Source: Octopus sinensis
Taxonomy: Eukaryota
DNA: 14,007 nt
Reading direction: 5' to 3'
Assembly (NCBI RefSeq): GCF_006345805.1
Contig: NW_021825981.1
Span: forward strand, 1-14,007
Shown: positions 1 to 11,075 of the stretch, in pieces
Layout of the letters: every line of letters begins with the position of its first letter
Position numbering within the stretch: position 1 is the first letter of the stretch
Position numbers and translations under genes: made by a program
Notes under the pieces: generated by a model
Databases searched by the model: none
What the model saw: the letters and a program-made list of their open reading frames with translations, nothing else
Told to the model about the DNA's origin: nothing

Positions 1-33
1 TTCGGGTGGTAGACTGTAGTTTAGGTTATATAG

Positions 34-586
34 GAGAAGAAAATGGATAAAATAACAAAGGGACACTCGTCGTTTTCGCTGGTATACTCTTTACTCTCTT
101 TTTACTCTTTTACATGTTTCAGTCATTTAACTGCGGCCATGCTGGAGCACCGCCTTTAGTCGAGCAAATCGACCCCGGGACTTATTCTTTGTAAGCCCAG
201 TACTTATTCTATCGGTCTCTTTTTGCCGAACCGCTAAGTGACGGGGACGTAAACACACCAGCATCGGTTGTCAAGCAATGCTAGGGGTACTAACACAGAC
301 ACACAAACATATACACATACATACATATACACATATATACGACAGGTATGCATTTAATTTAATTAGATAACAGAGAAGGAGGAAGCAATGATGAATGTAG
401 CACTTACGATCGTTTCGATTTACAAGTTTTAGTAAATCTCTTCAGAATGCGAAAAGAAGATTGATGCTTCGGATAGGATGCGAAAATAATTGATACATAT
501 GTGACGGTAGTAGGAGCAAATTAAGTAGTTTTTACATTAAAATTTTGTTCTTGCGCTGGTAATTTCGCTGGGAGCGGTTCCATTGC
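34..586. repeat. Left arm of inverted repeat IR1 (interrupted by a SINE at 86-344)
   Basis: 34-85 joined to 350-586 is the reverse complement of 711-1000 (e.g. GATAACAGAGAAGGAGGAAGCAATGATGAATG vs CATTCATCATTGCTTCCTCCTTCTCTGTTATC). About 20 differences over ~290 bp by eye. Spacer 587-710. Confidence 0.95.
86..344 (-). mobile_element. 5'-truncated tRNA-derived SINE (octopus-type) with a probable 5-bp target-site duplication
   Basis: Shares its body with the fuller copy at 6363-6740 (CTGCGG..GCTGGAG, AGTACTTATTCTATCGGTC, ACGGGGACGTAAACAC). It has an (AGAGTAAA)-like tail on the minus strand at 86-110, and GGTAT flanks both sides (81-85, 345-349). The uninterrupted IR1 right arm shows the empty site. 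Confidence 0.88.
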
Positions 587-710
587 AATAGTCTGGTTAG
601 TTTCGTTGGGCAATTAGAACGGGGTGAGTATTATTTTGGTGTGGGGTTCCGAGTTTGACTAATCGCATTATTTCGCACGTGTGTATTAAATTTGTTTTTG
701 TTCTCGAGTC

Positions 711-1000
711 GCAATGAAACCTTCCCCAAGCGAAATTACCAGCGCAAGAACAAAATTTTTAAGTTAGAACTACTTAATTTGCTCCTTCTACCGTCATATA
801 TGTATCAATTATTTTCGCATCTTAACCGAAGCATCAATCTTCTTTTCGCATTCTGAAGAGTTTTACTAAAACTTGTAAATCGAAACGATCGTAAATGCTA
901 CATTCATCATTGCTTCCTCCTTCTCTGTTATCTAATTAAATTAAAGGCATACCAGTAAAAACGACGAGTTTCCCTTTGTTATTTCATCCATTTTATTCTC
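711..1000. repeat. Right arm of inverted repeat IR1
   Basis: Reverse complement of 34-85 + 350-586; abuts the microsatellite starting at 1001. Confidence 0.95.
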
Positions 1001-1069
1001 ATATACATACATACATACATATACACACACACACCACACACACACACACAAGCACACACACACACCACC

Positions 1070-1118
<49 letters not shown>

Positions 1119-1130
1119 TGTATATGTATA
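1001..1130. repeat. Compound (TACA)/(CA)/(TA) microsatellite
   Basis: Direct inspection. Confidence 0.95.
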
Positions 1131-1134
1131 TATG

Positions 1135-1294
1135 ATCAAAAATAAGCAACAAGAATGAATCCGGTAATTTAGTACTTGTTTCATACTACAACATTTTATT
1201 AAAAGCTGTAAATAATAACAGCTTTTAATAAAATGTTGTAGTATGAAACAATTGTACTAAATTACCGGATTCATTCTTGTTGCTTATTTTTGAT
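1135..1294. repeat. Near-perfect hairpin palindrome IR2
   Basis: Arms 1135-1209 and 1218-1294, 8-nt loop AAATAATA, one 2-nt indel (GAAACAAGTACT expected, GAAACAATTGTACT seen). Confidence 0.97.
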
Positions 1295-1392
1295 TATAAT
1301 CACCCCGCATATTTTTATGGGTAACACCATAAAAAATTCTGGGGCATCTAATTAAGTGACATATTCATTTGAATCTAAATTGTTGCTGAACT

Positions 1393-1452
1393 TATATATA
1401 TGATATATATATATATATATATTATTATATATATAATATATATATATATATA
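1393..1452. repeat. (TA)n microsatellite
   Basis: Direct inspection. Confidence 0.95.
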
Positions 1453-2040
1453 TGCGTTTCTGTTTATTTAGTATATAGTGTTTAAGAAAGCGAAAGGAAA
1501 TCGACTAAGCATGACGACAGTAATACCTAAAAATTTCATAAAGAGAACAGGTGAAACCCCTTAATTGTATTGACGGAAGAAAGTTCAACAAGGGCATATT
1601 TCCGATGCTGTAATGACCCGGCCAACCCATCGCCTAAACTAAACCAACAAACTATGCTCGTAGAAGCCAATGTGATAGCCGTTGCACTGCTGCTGGATCT
1701 GTTAGAAATGACAGTCAAACTTTTCGTTTTAAAATAAGGAAGGTGAGCTAAAATAATGTAATCGAAGATTCATTAAGTCTGGAGGAGCATTTCCAATGAG
1801 ATGAGCGCAGCTGGAGCGTCTTTGAACATTCGATCACATAGAGCTGACCGAGAGCCAAACAACTCAATGATGCATTCACTAGGTGATCCATAAGTAAAAA
1901 GCAGTCAAATCTATATGAAATTACATGTTTAGAAAAGAAGGACGTATTATATGATGTGGTCATACATAAGCTTGAAATATAGATAGGATTGGATGGTCAA
2001 AATTATCAAAGATGTGTAGCGTGTGATCGTCGCATTGAAC

Positions 2041-2122
2041 ATGACAGAACAAATTGAGCAGAGAATCTACGTGAAGTTTTGCCAAAAGCTTGGCGATGTC
2101 TGCTCAGAGGCCCACACAAAGT
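2041..2122 (+). pseudogene. Mariner (Tc1/mariner) transposase N-terminal fragment
   Basis: ATG at 2041 reads MTEQIEQRIYVKFCQKLGDVCSEAHTK, matching the mariner N-terminal EQRxxIKFCxKLG DNA-binding motif. Similarity stops at about 2120. Confidence 0.75.
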
Positions 2123-2372
2123 TTTCAAAAAGTTTTCATCATTCTTGACACAATCAAGCAGATCTTGTGCAGCTGAAACCCGGGTGTCTTTTTGGTCAAC
2201 TGAAAGCAGTTTTGGCACAAACTTGACAGAAACGCGTCTCGTACCCCAAATCTTCAGTGATAATGGACTGAAATGAACCATAACTAATCTGCACATCCTC
2301 TGATAACTCACGGATGGTGATTCGACCATTTCCTCTCACAACTGCACGCATATCTGCGATATTTTTCTTGGT
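2117..2372 (-). pseudogene. Mariner transposase internal fragment, frameshifted and inverted relative to the N-terminus
   Basis: Minus strand reads KKNIADMRAVVRGNGRITIRELSEDVQISYGSFQSIITEDLG, then a +1 frameshift at about 2244-2247, then RRVSVKFVPKLLSVDQKDTRVSAAQDLLDCVKNDENFLKTL. This is the second HTH plus the linker (FVPKLL, the WVPHEL equivalent), ending just before the TGDE catalytic motif. Confidence 0.87.
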
Positions 2373-2378
2373 TATATA

Positions 2379-2421
<43 letters not shown>
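2373..2421. repeat. (TA)n microsatellite truncating the mariner relic
   Basis: Direct inspection. Confidence 0.93.
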
Positions 2422-2423
<2 letters not shown>

Positions 2424-2600
2424 CGTTAGCCACTACACACATTTTTTCTCTCCTTGTTTTTTCTGTGTACCTTTCTGTAGAAGAGCGTTGGCTCGAAACG
2501 TAAAAGACTTTTCTATTCCTGAGCGCTATACTAATACATCTGTTTTTGTTTTGTACACCACCTGTCTTCGTCTTTTGTTTTGTTTTTCGTAAACTTACCC
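2422..2600. mobile_element. Possible Penelope-like element terminal fragment, or short non-autonomous repeat
   Basis: CTGTAGAAGAGCGTTGGCTCGAAACGT (2476-2501) resembles the CTGAAGA..CGAAACG motif typical of Penelope-like terminal repeats. Bounded by (TA)n on both sides. Assignment is from recollection only. Confidence 0.42.
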
Positions 2601-2735
2601 TATATATATATATATATATATATATTATACACATATATATATCATATCGAAGGGAAAATGTAAATCAATAGAAATTTTCACTTCCAGTGGCCTAGCGTGT
2701 AAAAATTTAGTCCAAAGACTATGTATTACTCATAA

Positions 2736-3220
<485 letters not shown>

Positions 3221-3906
3221 ATAATTTAATCGACAAATATTTTGTCAGAACTCACTTTAAAGTATTAAATTTTTTACACTCGGACTTCTAACTTCGAGTT
3301 TTTTTATTATTTGTGTGTGTGTGTGTGTGTGCGCGCGCGCGCCTCTCTGTGTACGTGTGTGTTTTTGTGTGCGTGCTTGTGTGTGTACATGTGCGATTGT
3401 GTGCGCCCACCAGCAAGCTTATGTGTACTCATATTTTTACATATTACCTCGCTAGTTTCGTCTGATTGAATCCATGCCGGAGTACCGTCATAAACAGAAG
3501 TGTTTATACCTTTCGCATGGTATTTCGTGAGTGAGGGTAAAAGCGATACCAATGCTCTCATATGTTAAACACATGCTGAGTTCAATCGAATTAGTGTCAT
3601 CCAAACAATGTGACACACACACACGCAACGAACAACCATGAGTTGCTTTTCGAAAAGGTTGACATCTACTCTATGAATACGCCTTAACCCAACTGAGGAA
3701 TGATAGAAAAACGCTGAGGTCATTCGAAACCCGATCTACCACAGTCCCTAATTTATTGGGATTTTATCGAGAAGGATACAGAACCATCGGTAACTCTTGA
3801 ATAACGATTAGTCCGTGGATTCGAACATTTAAAAAAATCGGAGTTCGATTCGGTGTCTATTCTTCGAGCGCAAAACACTTGTGTGCCTATTCGTGCACCC
3901 GCGTTG

Positions 3907-4200
<294 letters not shown>

Positions 4201-4393
4201 CTATCAAGCTATTTCACTATCTATCCTTTTATTCTTCAACAAGAATATCACTGACAGTGACTTCGAAGTCTCGGACAGCTAAGTCATCGGCGTTTAAGAA
4301 TAATAAATTTGTATACTACAAAAGTATCGAGTAGCCCTTTCAGATTAATGTAAAATTGTTTCTATAATTACTGAACATAAAAACAAACTTTAA

Positions 4394-4805
<412 letters not shown>

Positions 4806-4989
4806 TTATACAAGTGTGTGTGTGTGTTCGTGACATATATGCATTTCTGTTACATATATACGTGTCTGTTTGTCGACATTGTGTAATATACAGTAACCTA
4901 ATATACTAGTATGTACTTGAGAAGTACATATTACGTAGTACCTTTTTCATAAGATAAAAAATTGTCCAACTCTTAAAGATATTTTATAC

Positions 4990-5487
4990 CTATATACATA
5001 CGCACACACATACATATACACACAAATGTATGCATGTATGTATGTATGTATGTATATATATAATATAAATATAAATATATATATATATAGTTACATGTGG
5101 TGGGAGGGACTAGGCATGTGGAGAAGAATGAACGTGTTGGTAGAATTACGCAGTTAAATATATGTATTTGTATACGCATAATATAAATGCGGCTGTGTAT
5201 GTGTATATGTGTGTTTGTATATTTGCGTGTGTGTATGCGTGTGTGTGTGTGTGCGTGTGCGTGTGTGTGTGAGAGTGGATGCGTGTGTGAGCGAGAGATT
5301 GAGAAAGAGTAGGTGAGGATGAATGTCTGTAAGAACAGATATTACGCAGTAAAATAAATGTATATGCGCTTGTGTTAGTGCGTATATATATACATACATA
5401 TATATATATATGTATATTTATATATATACATATATATACACATACACAGACATACATATACATACACACACGCATACATATATATAT

Positions 5488-5523
<36 letters not shown>

Positions 5524-5597
5524 ACCTACACAGGCATACATATACATACACATACGCATACATATATCTTATAATATTATATATATAATTATATATA

Positions 5598-5628
<31 letters not shown>

Positions 5629-5720
5629 TGTATGTATGTATGTATGTATGTATGTATATATATATATAATATATCTATATTATATATATATATATGTATA
5701 TTAATATTTATATATATTGT
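4990..5720. repeat. Low-complexity (TA)/(CA)/(TG)/(TATG) field
   Basis: Direct inspection; short unique islands within. Confidence 0.9.
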
Positions 5721-6055
5721 ACGTAGGTATGTGTGTCTTTTTGTGTACGTTGTCAGAGTATCAAATTATCTCAAGTCGTGCTATATATTGCGTATGTATT
5801 TCCAATTAACTGATATATATACACACGTATATGTATGTATTCTCAGGAAGCGTTGCCAATAAGCAAACCTTACAAGTTATGCCTCCCCGCAAAAAAAAAG
5901 TGATAAAAGGGACGACAATCCGAAGAATAGTGGCTAAAAACACACAAATTGCTAATAAATAGGAACTTTTCAACATTTTCTATACATGGTTCATATGGTT
6001 TCTTTACGAGTGTATGTGCGTGTATACATAGTTCATATATATGTGTAGGCATGTA

Positions 6056-6138
6056 GGGATATATATGTATATATATATATATTATATATATATATATATA
6101 TATCCTACATATATATATGCGTGTGTGTATATATATAC

Positions 6139-6177
<39 letters not shown>

Positions 6178-6227
6178 GGTGTGTCTATATATATATATAT
6201 ATATATAATATATATTTAGTATACATG

Positions 6228-6301
<74 letters not shown>

Positions 6302-6319
6302 ATATATATGTGTATATAA

Positions 6320-6362
<43 letters not shown>
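6056..6362. repeat. Interrupted (TA)n field
   Basis: Direct inspection. Confidence 0.95.
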
Positions 6363-6364
<2 letters not shown>

Positions 6365-6740
6365 TCTTTTATTTGTTCAGTAATTTGACTGCGGGCCGTG
6401 CTGGAGTAAGCCTAGTACTTATTCTATCGGTCCTACGGGGACGTAAACACGCCGACATCGGTTTTGTTAATCGATGGTGGGGGACAAACACAGATACACG
6501 AACAAACATACATACATGCATACATACATACATACATACATACATACATACATACATACATACATACATACATACATTGTATTTATTTATTTATTTATTT
6601 CAGTTTTTGTCTACCAAATCCACTCACAAGGCTTTGGTTGGGCCGAAGCTATAGTAGAAGACACTTGCGCAAGTTGCCACGCAGTGGGACTGAACCCCGA
6701 ACCATGTGGTTGTAAGCAAGCTACTTACCACACGGCCACT
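6363..6740 (-). mobile_element. Near-full-length tRNA-derived SINE (same family as 86-344)
   Basis: Minus-strand head AGTGGCCGTGTGGTAAG (A-box-like, + 6724-6740) and GGTTCAGTCCC (B-box-like, + 6686-6696). Internal (TACA)n, and a 3' body homologous to 110-300. Confidence 0.88.
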
Positions 6741-7765
6741 ATAAAATATGTAACGGGTGATATTATTTAGTAAACAGTAATATGAGAAGACGATAGTCGA
6801 TACATAGTAGGATGGAATGTCGGAGTCGTAATCAGTGTGTAAGAATTGGTTCTTCGTTGATAGCCATTATGTAAAGGTGAAAGAAAAGTGATTGAAGTTG
6901 CGAAGAAAATATTTATTTACCGTTACACTGAATATAATACCTTGCTTCGACGGGCAGGTGATAAAATCCTAGAGCGTGTGAAATAAAGTTAATTTCGGTG
7001 GTAAACCATAGAGAGAGACATAGTAATGTGCAGAAAAGATAAAGTGAGTTAGTGAAAGTGAGAGAGTGTGGAAAGTTGGGTCTCATAGCTACTGAGAGTA
7101 GATTTCATTTCTCCTTTTGACCATTGAATTTATTAGCTGCCTTGCTACTAAAGACAATGATTCTAGCGTTCCGCTCCCTAACTGACGGAAGCTGTCTCTG
7201 ACTCGAGTTTGTCATTCATTAACTAACTGATTGAGTTGTCACGAGCCGACTAACTCAGTTGTCACCAAGTCAGTAACTGATTTTTGCTTGGGGTTCTTGC
7301 TTTTATAACTATCCAGAAGGATATCGTTCAGAACAATGGGCTTCGTTGGTGGTACTGTGATATCTCTATTCTAGCTTTTGGTGAAGTAGAAGAGGTTATA
7401 AGTGTCAAGTGGTGAAGACATTATTTCGGCCTAGCTTAAGGCATCTGGCATATGTAAAACTGCTGTCACCGAAAAAGTCATTGTTCCACTGTGAGAAAAG
7501 TTCTGTTGAACTGCTATCGAATCCACTTCATGCTTGCAAGATGCACTACAAATATATGTTGGTATGTAGGTATATATAAATGTATATAGATATAATACAC
7601 CAACATATATATATTCACATACATATACTTAATAGAATGCATACATACACACACATGCACACACACGTATATATGTGTGTGTGTGTGTGAGTGTGCGTGT
7701 GTATAACACTTTCCTACATTTAGTAGGTAAAGGGAAACTTTTAAATTCTCCAGTCCGTTAGGTTG

Positions 7766-9020
7766 TCACTCTACTACTGCAATATATATGATGTTATGCA
7801 CAAAATTAATTATAAATGACTTATCAATCCATCTAACAAATGTTAATAAGACCCGAGCACAATACCTCAGAATATACAACAAAGGGCACCCTTGACAAAC
7901 CTGAGAAGTAACTGACATCCTGTATATTATCAACAAAACGCATGTGATTGTTGTACAGCTTCTGCACACAGTATCCTTCTGAATAAGAACATCACTAGGA
8001 CTAACTACGACTTCGATAAACCTACCAATCCTGCTACTGATTATGACTAATAGTGTGTTTAGTGAAGGCAGTACAACGGCCTGAATTGCACTCTGCGTGT
8101 GATCTCAAACACATTGTGTAATTGTAAATGTCCTTGCTTCTGTCCATTAGATAATAAGTGCCTAACGAACGGCATTGATTTTATTTGTAATGGCTTCAAA
8201 TCTAACTTACATGACATGACCTATAGGTCCGAAGATAAGGCTGCTGGTACATTTTAAAAATAATTTGGAAAGTAAAGAACCATTTGTTTGACTACAGTAT
8301 CGAATGGCTGATCGTTCAACGCGCGAAACCCTATAGTAGTTACTAGCAGTATCGCCCGGCGTTGCTCAGGTTTGTAAGGGAAATAACTATAAAGCATTTT
8401 TAGAGAGTTATAGCCAAAAATTAGCAAAAAAATGGTGGAGTTGCGTCCCCTAGACAGTTTGCGGTTTGTGTTTCTCATTCTCGACCCCATGTCGAATTTA
8501 TCGATTTTTTTCAGAACTGGGGGAACTTTTCAAAATTTTCGCTGCGTTAGTTTTGAATTATGACATTGGGCTATGTGTGTGTCAAGTTTCATCAGAATCG
8601 GTTGAAAGCCGTGGTCAGGGTGAGGGTACAAGCAAACAGACACACAGAAACACGCACAGACAAACTGCCGTTTATATAGAGAGAGATAATAATAGGTGCT
8701 TTTTATGCATTACAGAGGTGAGGATCATGTACAGTAAGGACAACATTATCAATAAAATGTAAGCATAAATTACGCAACTCCATCCTCCACTACAAACCCT
8801 AATTCTCTTTTAACATTACTTACTAGTTAATCCCTCTTCATTTATAGTCAATGGTAACTTCTTAAAGAAATCCATTTTCCCTTGTTTGATAAATCATTAA
8901 AACATTATGCAACACTTTCCTTCACTCCAAACCCTACTTCCTGTTAGACAATTCCTGTCACTTCCTACTTATAACTACTGAAAAATTCATACGGTAACTC
9001 GTTTTCACTTGCCTTTAGGG
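7766..9020 (-). pseudogene. Highly decayed non-LTR (L1/Tx1-like) reverse transcriptase relic, interrupted by a Helitron
   Basis: Minus-strand motifs occur in the canonical order: PKGK/ELPYEFFSS (~8975-9020; cf. KSPGxDGLPYEFY), KLPLTINEE..RELGFVVED (~8790-8860; cf. RPITLLNxE..KRLxxVV), KSMPFVR (~8161-8182; cf. QSKAFDR) and VTSQVCQGCPLLYIL (~7868-7912; cf. VRQGCPLSPLLY). Many stops and frameshifts. Confidence 0.5.
8343..8686 (-). mobile_element. Non-autonomous Helitron (~344 bp)
   Basis: On the minus strand it begins TC (TCTCTCTCTATATAAACGG), ends CTAG, and sits between A and T with no TSD. A GC-rich imperfect hairpin (+ CCCGGCGTTGCTCAGG, 8355-8370) lies about 10 nt from the 3' end. All are canonical Helitron hallmarks. 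Confidence 0.85.
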
Positions 9021-9276
9021 CCGTACTTTGTGTATCTAACATTATTTAGTGCAATTATGATCTTCCCTGATAAACTTTTCATCTATTTTTATTAACTAGT
9101 ACATCAAACTCTGGATGCTACATTACTCCTCTGTGTTACTACTACCTGGCGAAGAGGGGATCTGGCTGACATTAGTATACTTCCGATACCTTTTGCTCCA
9201 GGCAACTAACTTATTTGGTTACTTTCCGATTTCCCTGAGTGTCATGTAATATTCTAATTCTTACTAACAATATAGG

Positions 9277-9588
9277 ATCTTTACCTTTTGACCAGCAGAT
9301 TTACAAAATAATTTTTTGTAACTAAACATTTTCAAACTTCGTATACTGGTAGAATGTGTCATATAAAACATCTTTTACTCTTAGCGTTTTAAAGAAAAGT
9401 TTATATTTACGAAGTTATTTCGTGTTAAAGTTGTCGTATTTCGGTAATTTCAACCAATCAATGACGTGTATTCAGCTGAATAAAATTACTACCGTTACTT
9501 GTCTACAATAACTATCGGCGGTGTATATTTCGTTTGTCACTGTTATTTATGACATATTTCATAAATCTGCCGGTCAAAAGGTAAAGAT
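9277..9588. mobile_element. MITE with 27-bp terminal inverted repeats
   Basis: ATCTTTACCTTTTGACCAGCAGATTTA (9277-9303) vs TAAATCTGCCGGTCAAAAGGTAAAGAT (9562-9588), 26/27 complementary; non-coding interior. Confidence 0.85.
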
Positions 9589-10956
9589 ACCCAATATGTT
9601 TTCATGTTTCGTTTTACTAAAAGATCAACAACTTAAACGAGCACGTGAGTGCTTCTTTGTGCGAATGAATTTATGTATCTATAACTACACATGTAACCTT
9701 TACCTGTCTCATTTCAGTATTTTTGTCGCAAGATTTCTTATTTCTGTCATTGTCTTTAATTAACTTCCAGCATATGTCAGCATGTATGCATGCTTACATG
9801 TATATATGTGGTTACATATATACTTCTTATTGCACCTTTGTTTGAATGTCGTACGATGCTATTCATTTGTAAAGATTTTTGTCTAAGTATGTCTGTACTT
9901 GTACCTATATTTTCTTATTTTTTAGCATATGAGTGGGTAGCGGGTTTCTAGACACATATTCGTATAATTAGCCGTGTGTGTTATCTAAGAATATGTGTGT
10001 GTGTGTGTCTATATATGCACGTATATGTATGTATATGTGCACGTATATTTGTTTACATGCGTTTACATAAGTGCTAATGGTTATATGTATATACTGATAT
10101 ACTTCGTACACGTACGTCTACATAGTTTCTCGTTTTTTCTTTCTGTGAGGGTACGCGTGGACTAGTGTATTCGTGTATGTATACATGCAGGTAACCTACT
10201 ATCATCACTTTACTTTATCCTTATTCTTCTTCATTTCCCTTTTCTTTCCTCTTCCGTTTTTTTTTTAAAATTCATATGACATGTTATTATTCATATTTAT
10301 CTATTCCTAGCAATAAACATCACAACTTTCGGCGCGCAGGTTGCCCATTATTGATGCCATATATACATTAATGCGATTATAATCTACAGCAGCCACTACA
10401 ATAATTCAAGTAGGCTGATAAAGAAACGAAACCACACCCCTATCTATCTCGCTAAGGTAATCGTTGAGTAGGGCACACCATTCGTTCTTTACCGATTTCA
10501 ATTTACACTTTCATCTTTTTCATTCTTTCTGCGAGCCCGGCTTTGTTTTGCATTCTCCATTACGGCGGACTATTTGCAGTCAAACTGTCGTATGTACCTG
10601 ATGAAAAAGTACACCAGACGGTTACAAGAAATTCGTAATGTTACGTAAAATGCACACGATATGCTTTTGAAACAATTGTAGTACTCAACTACCTCTTCCA
10701 TTTCTTTTATTTACACATTTGATTATCGCATTATAAACAATGATAGTTGCTTTGTTGTATAGCATCTGTCATTTTATCGGATGATATGGGACGAAATGTA
10801 TTCGATGCATTGATTAATAAATTTTATGATCAATTAGCAAGTCATCTGTATTTTCCATACAAGCAGTGTTTATGCTACAGACTAACCGACTGTGTATGCC
10901 ACAATCTCTCGACTGAGCCTACATTATTTCTCCTTAACTTTTTACACCCCTAAACA

Positions 10957-11075
10957 CACACACACACACACATGTATGTATGTATGTATGTATGTATGTA
11001 TGTATGTATGTATGTATGTATGTATGTATGTATGTATGTATGTATGTACGTACGTAAGTATGTATGTACGGGTAT
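10957..11075. repeat. (CA)n + (TATG)n microsatellite
   Basis: Direct inspection. Confidence 0.95.

Noticed and set aside
1780-2005. Plus-strand frame reading ..QSNLYEITCLEKKDVLYDVVIHKLEI*IGLDGQ, faintly like a CR1/L2 RT segment
   Set aside because: Key KAFD residues are absent and there are several stops; too weak without a profile search.
4248-4270. Adjacent short palindromes TCACT-GAC-AGTGA and GACTTCGAAGTC
   Set aside because: Short enough to arise by chance in 14 kb; no supporting context.
5879-5962. 27-aa ORF MPPRKKKVIKGTTIRRIVAKNTQIANK with an SV40-like NLS, downstream of a possible TTCTCAG acceptor
   Set aside because: The lysines come from an A9 run; short, with no supporting gene structure.
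6686-6740. tRNA-like sequences at SINE heads (also 11586-11655)
   Set aside because: No complete cloverleaf; they continue into SINE bodies, so they are not tRNA genes.
10420-10490. Loose stem-loop AAAGAAACGAA..CCCTA / TAGGG..TTCGTTCTTT
   Set aside because: Discontinuous pairing; no recognisable RNA family.
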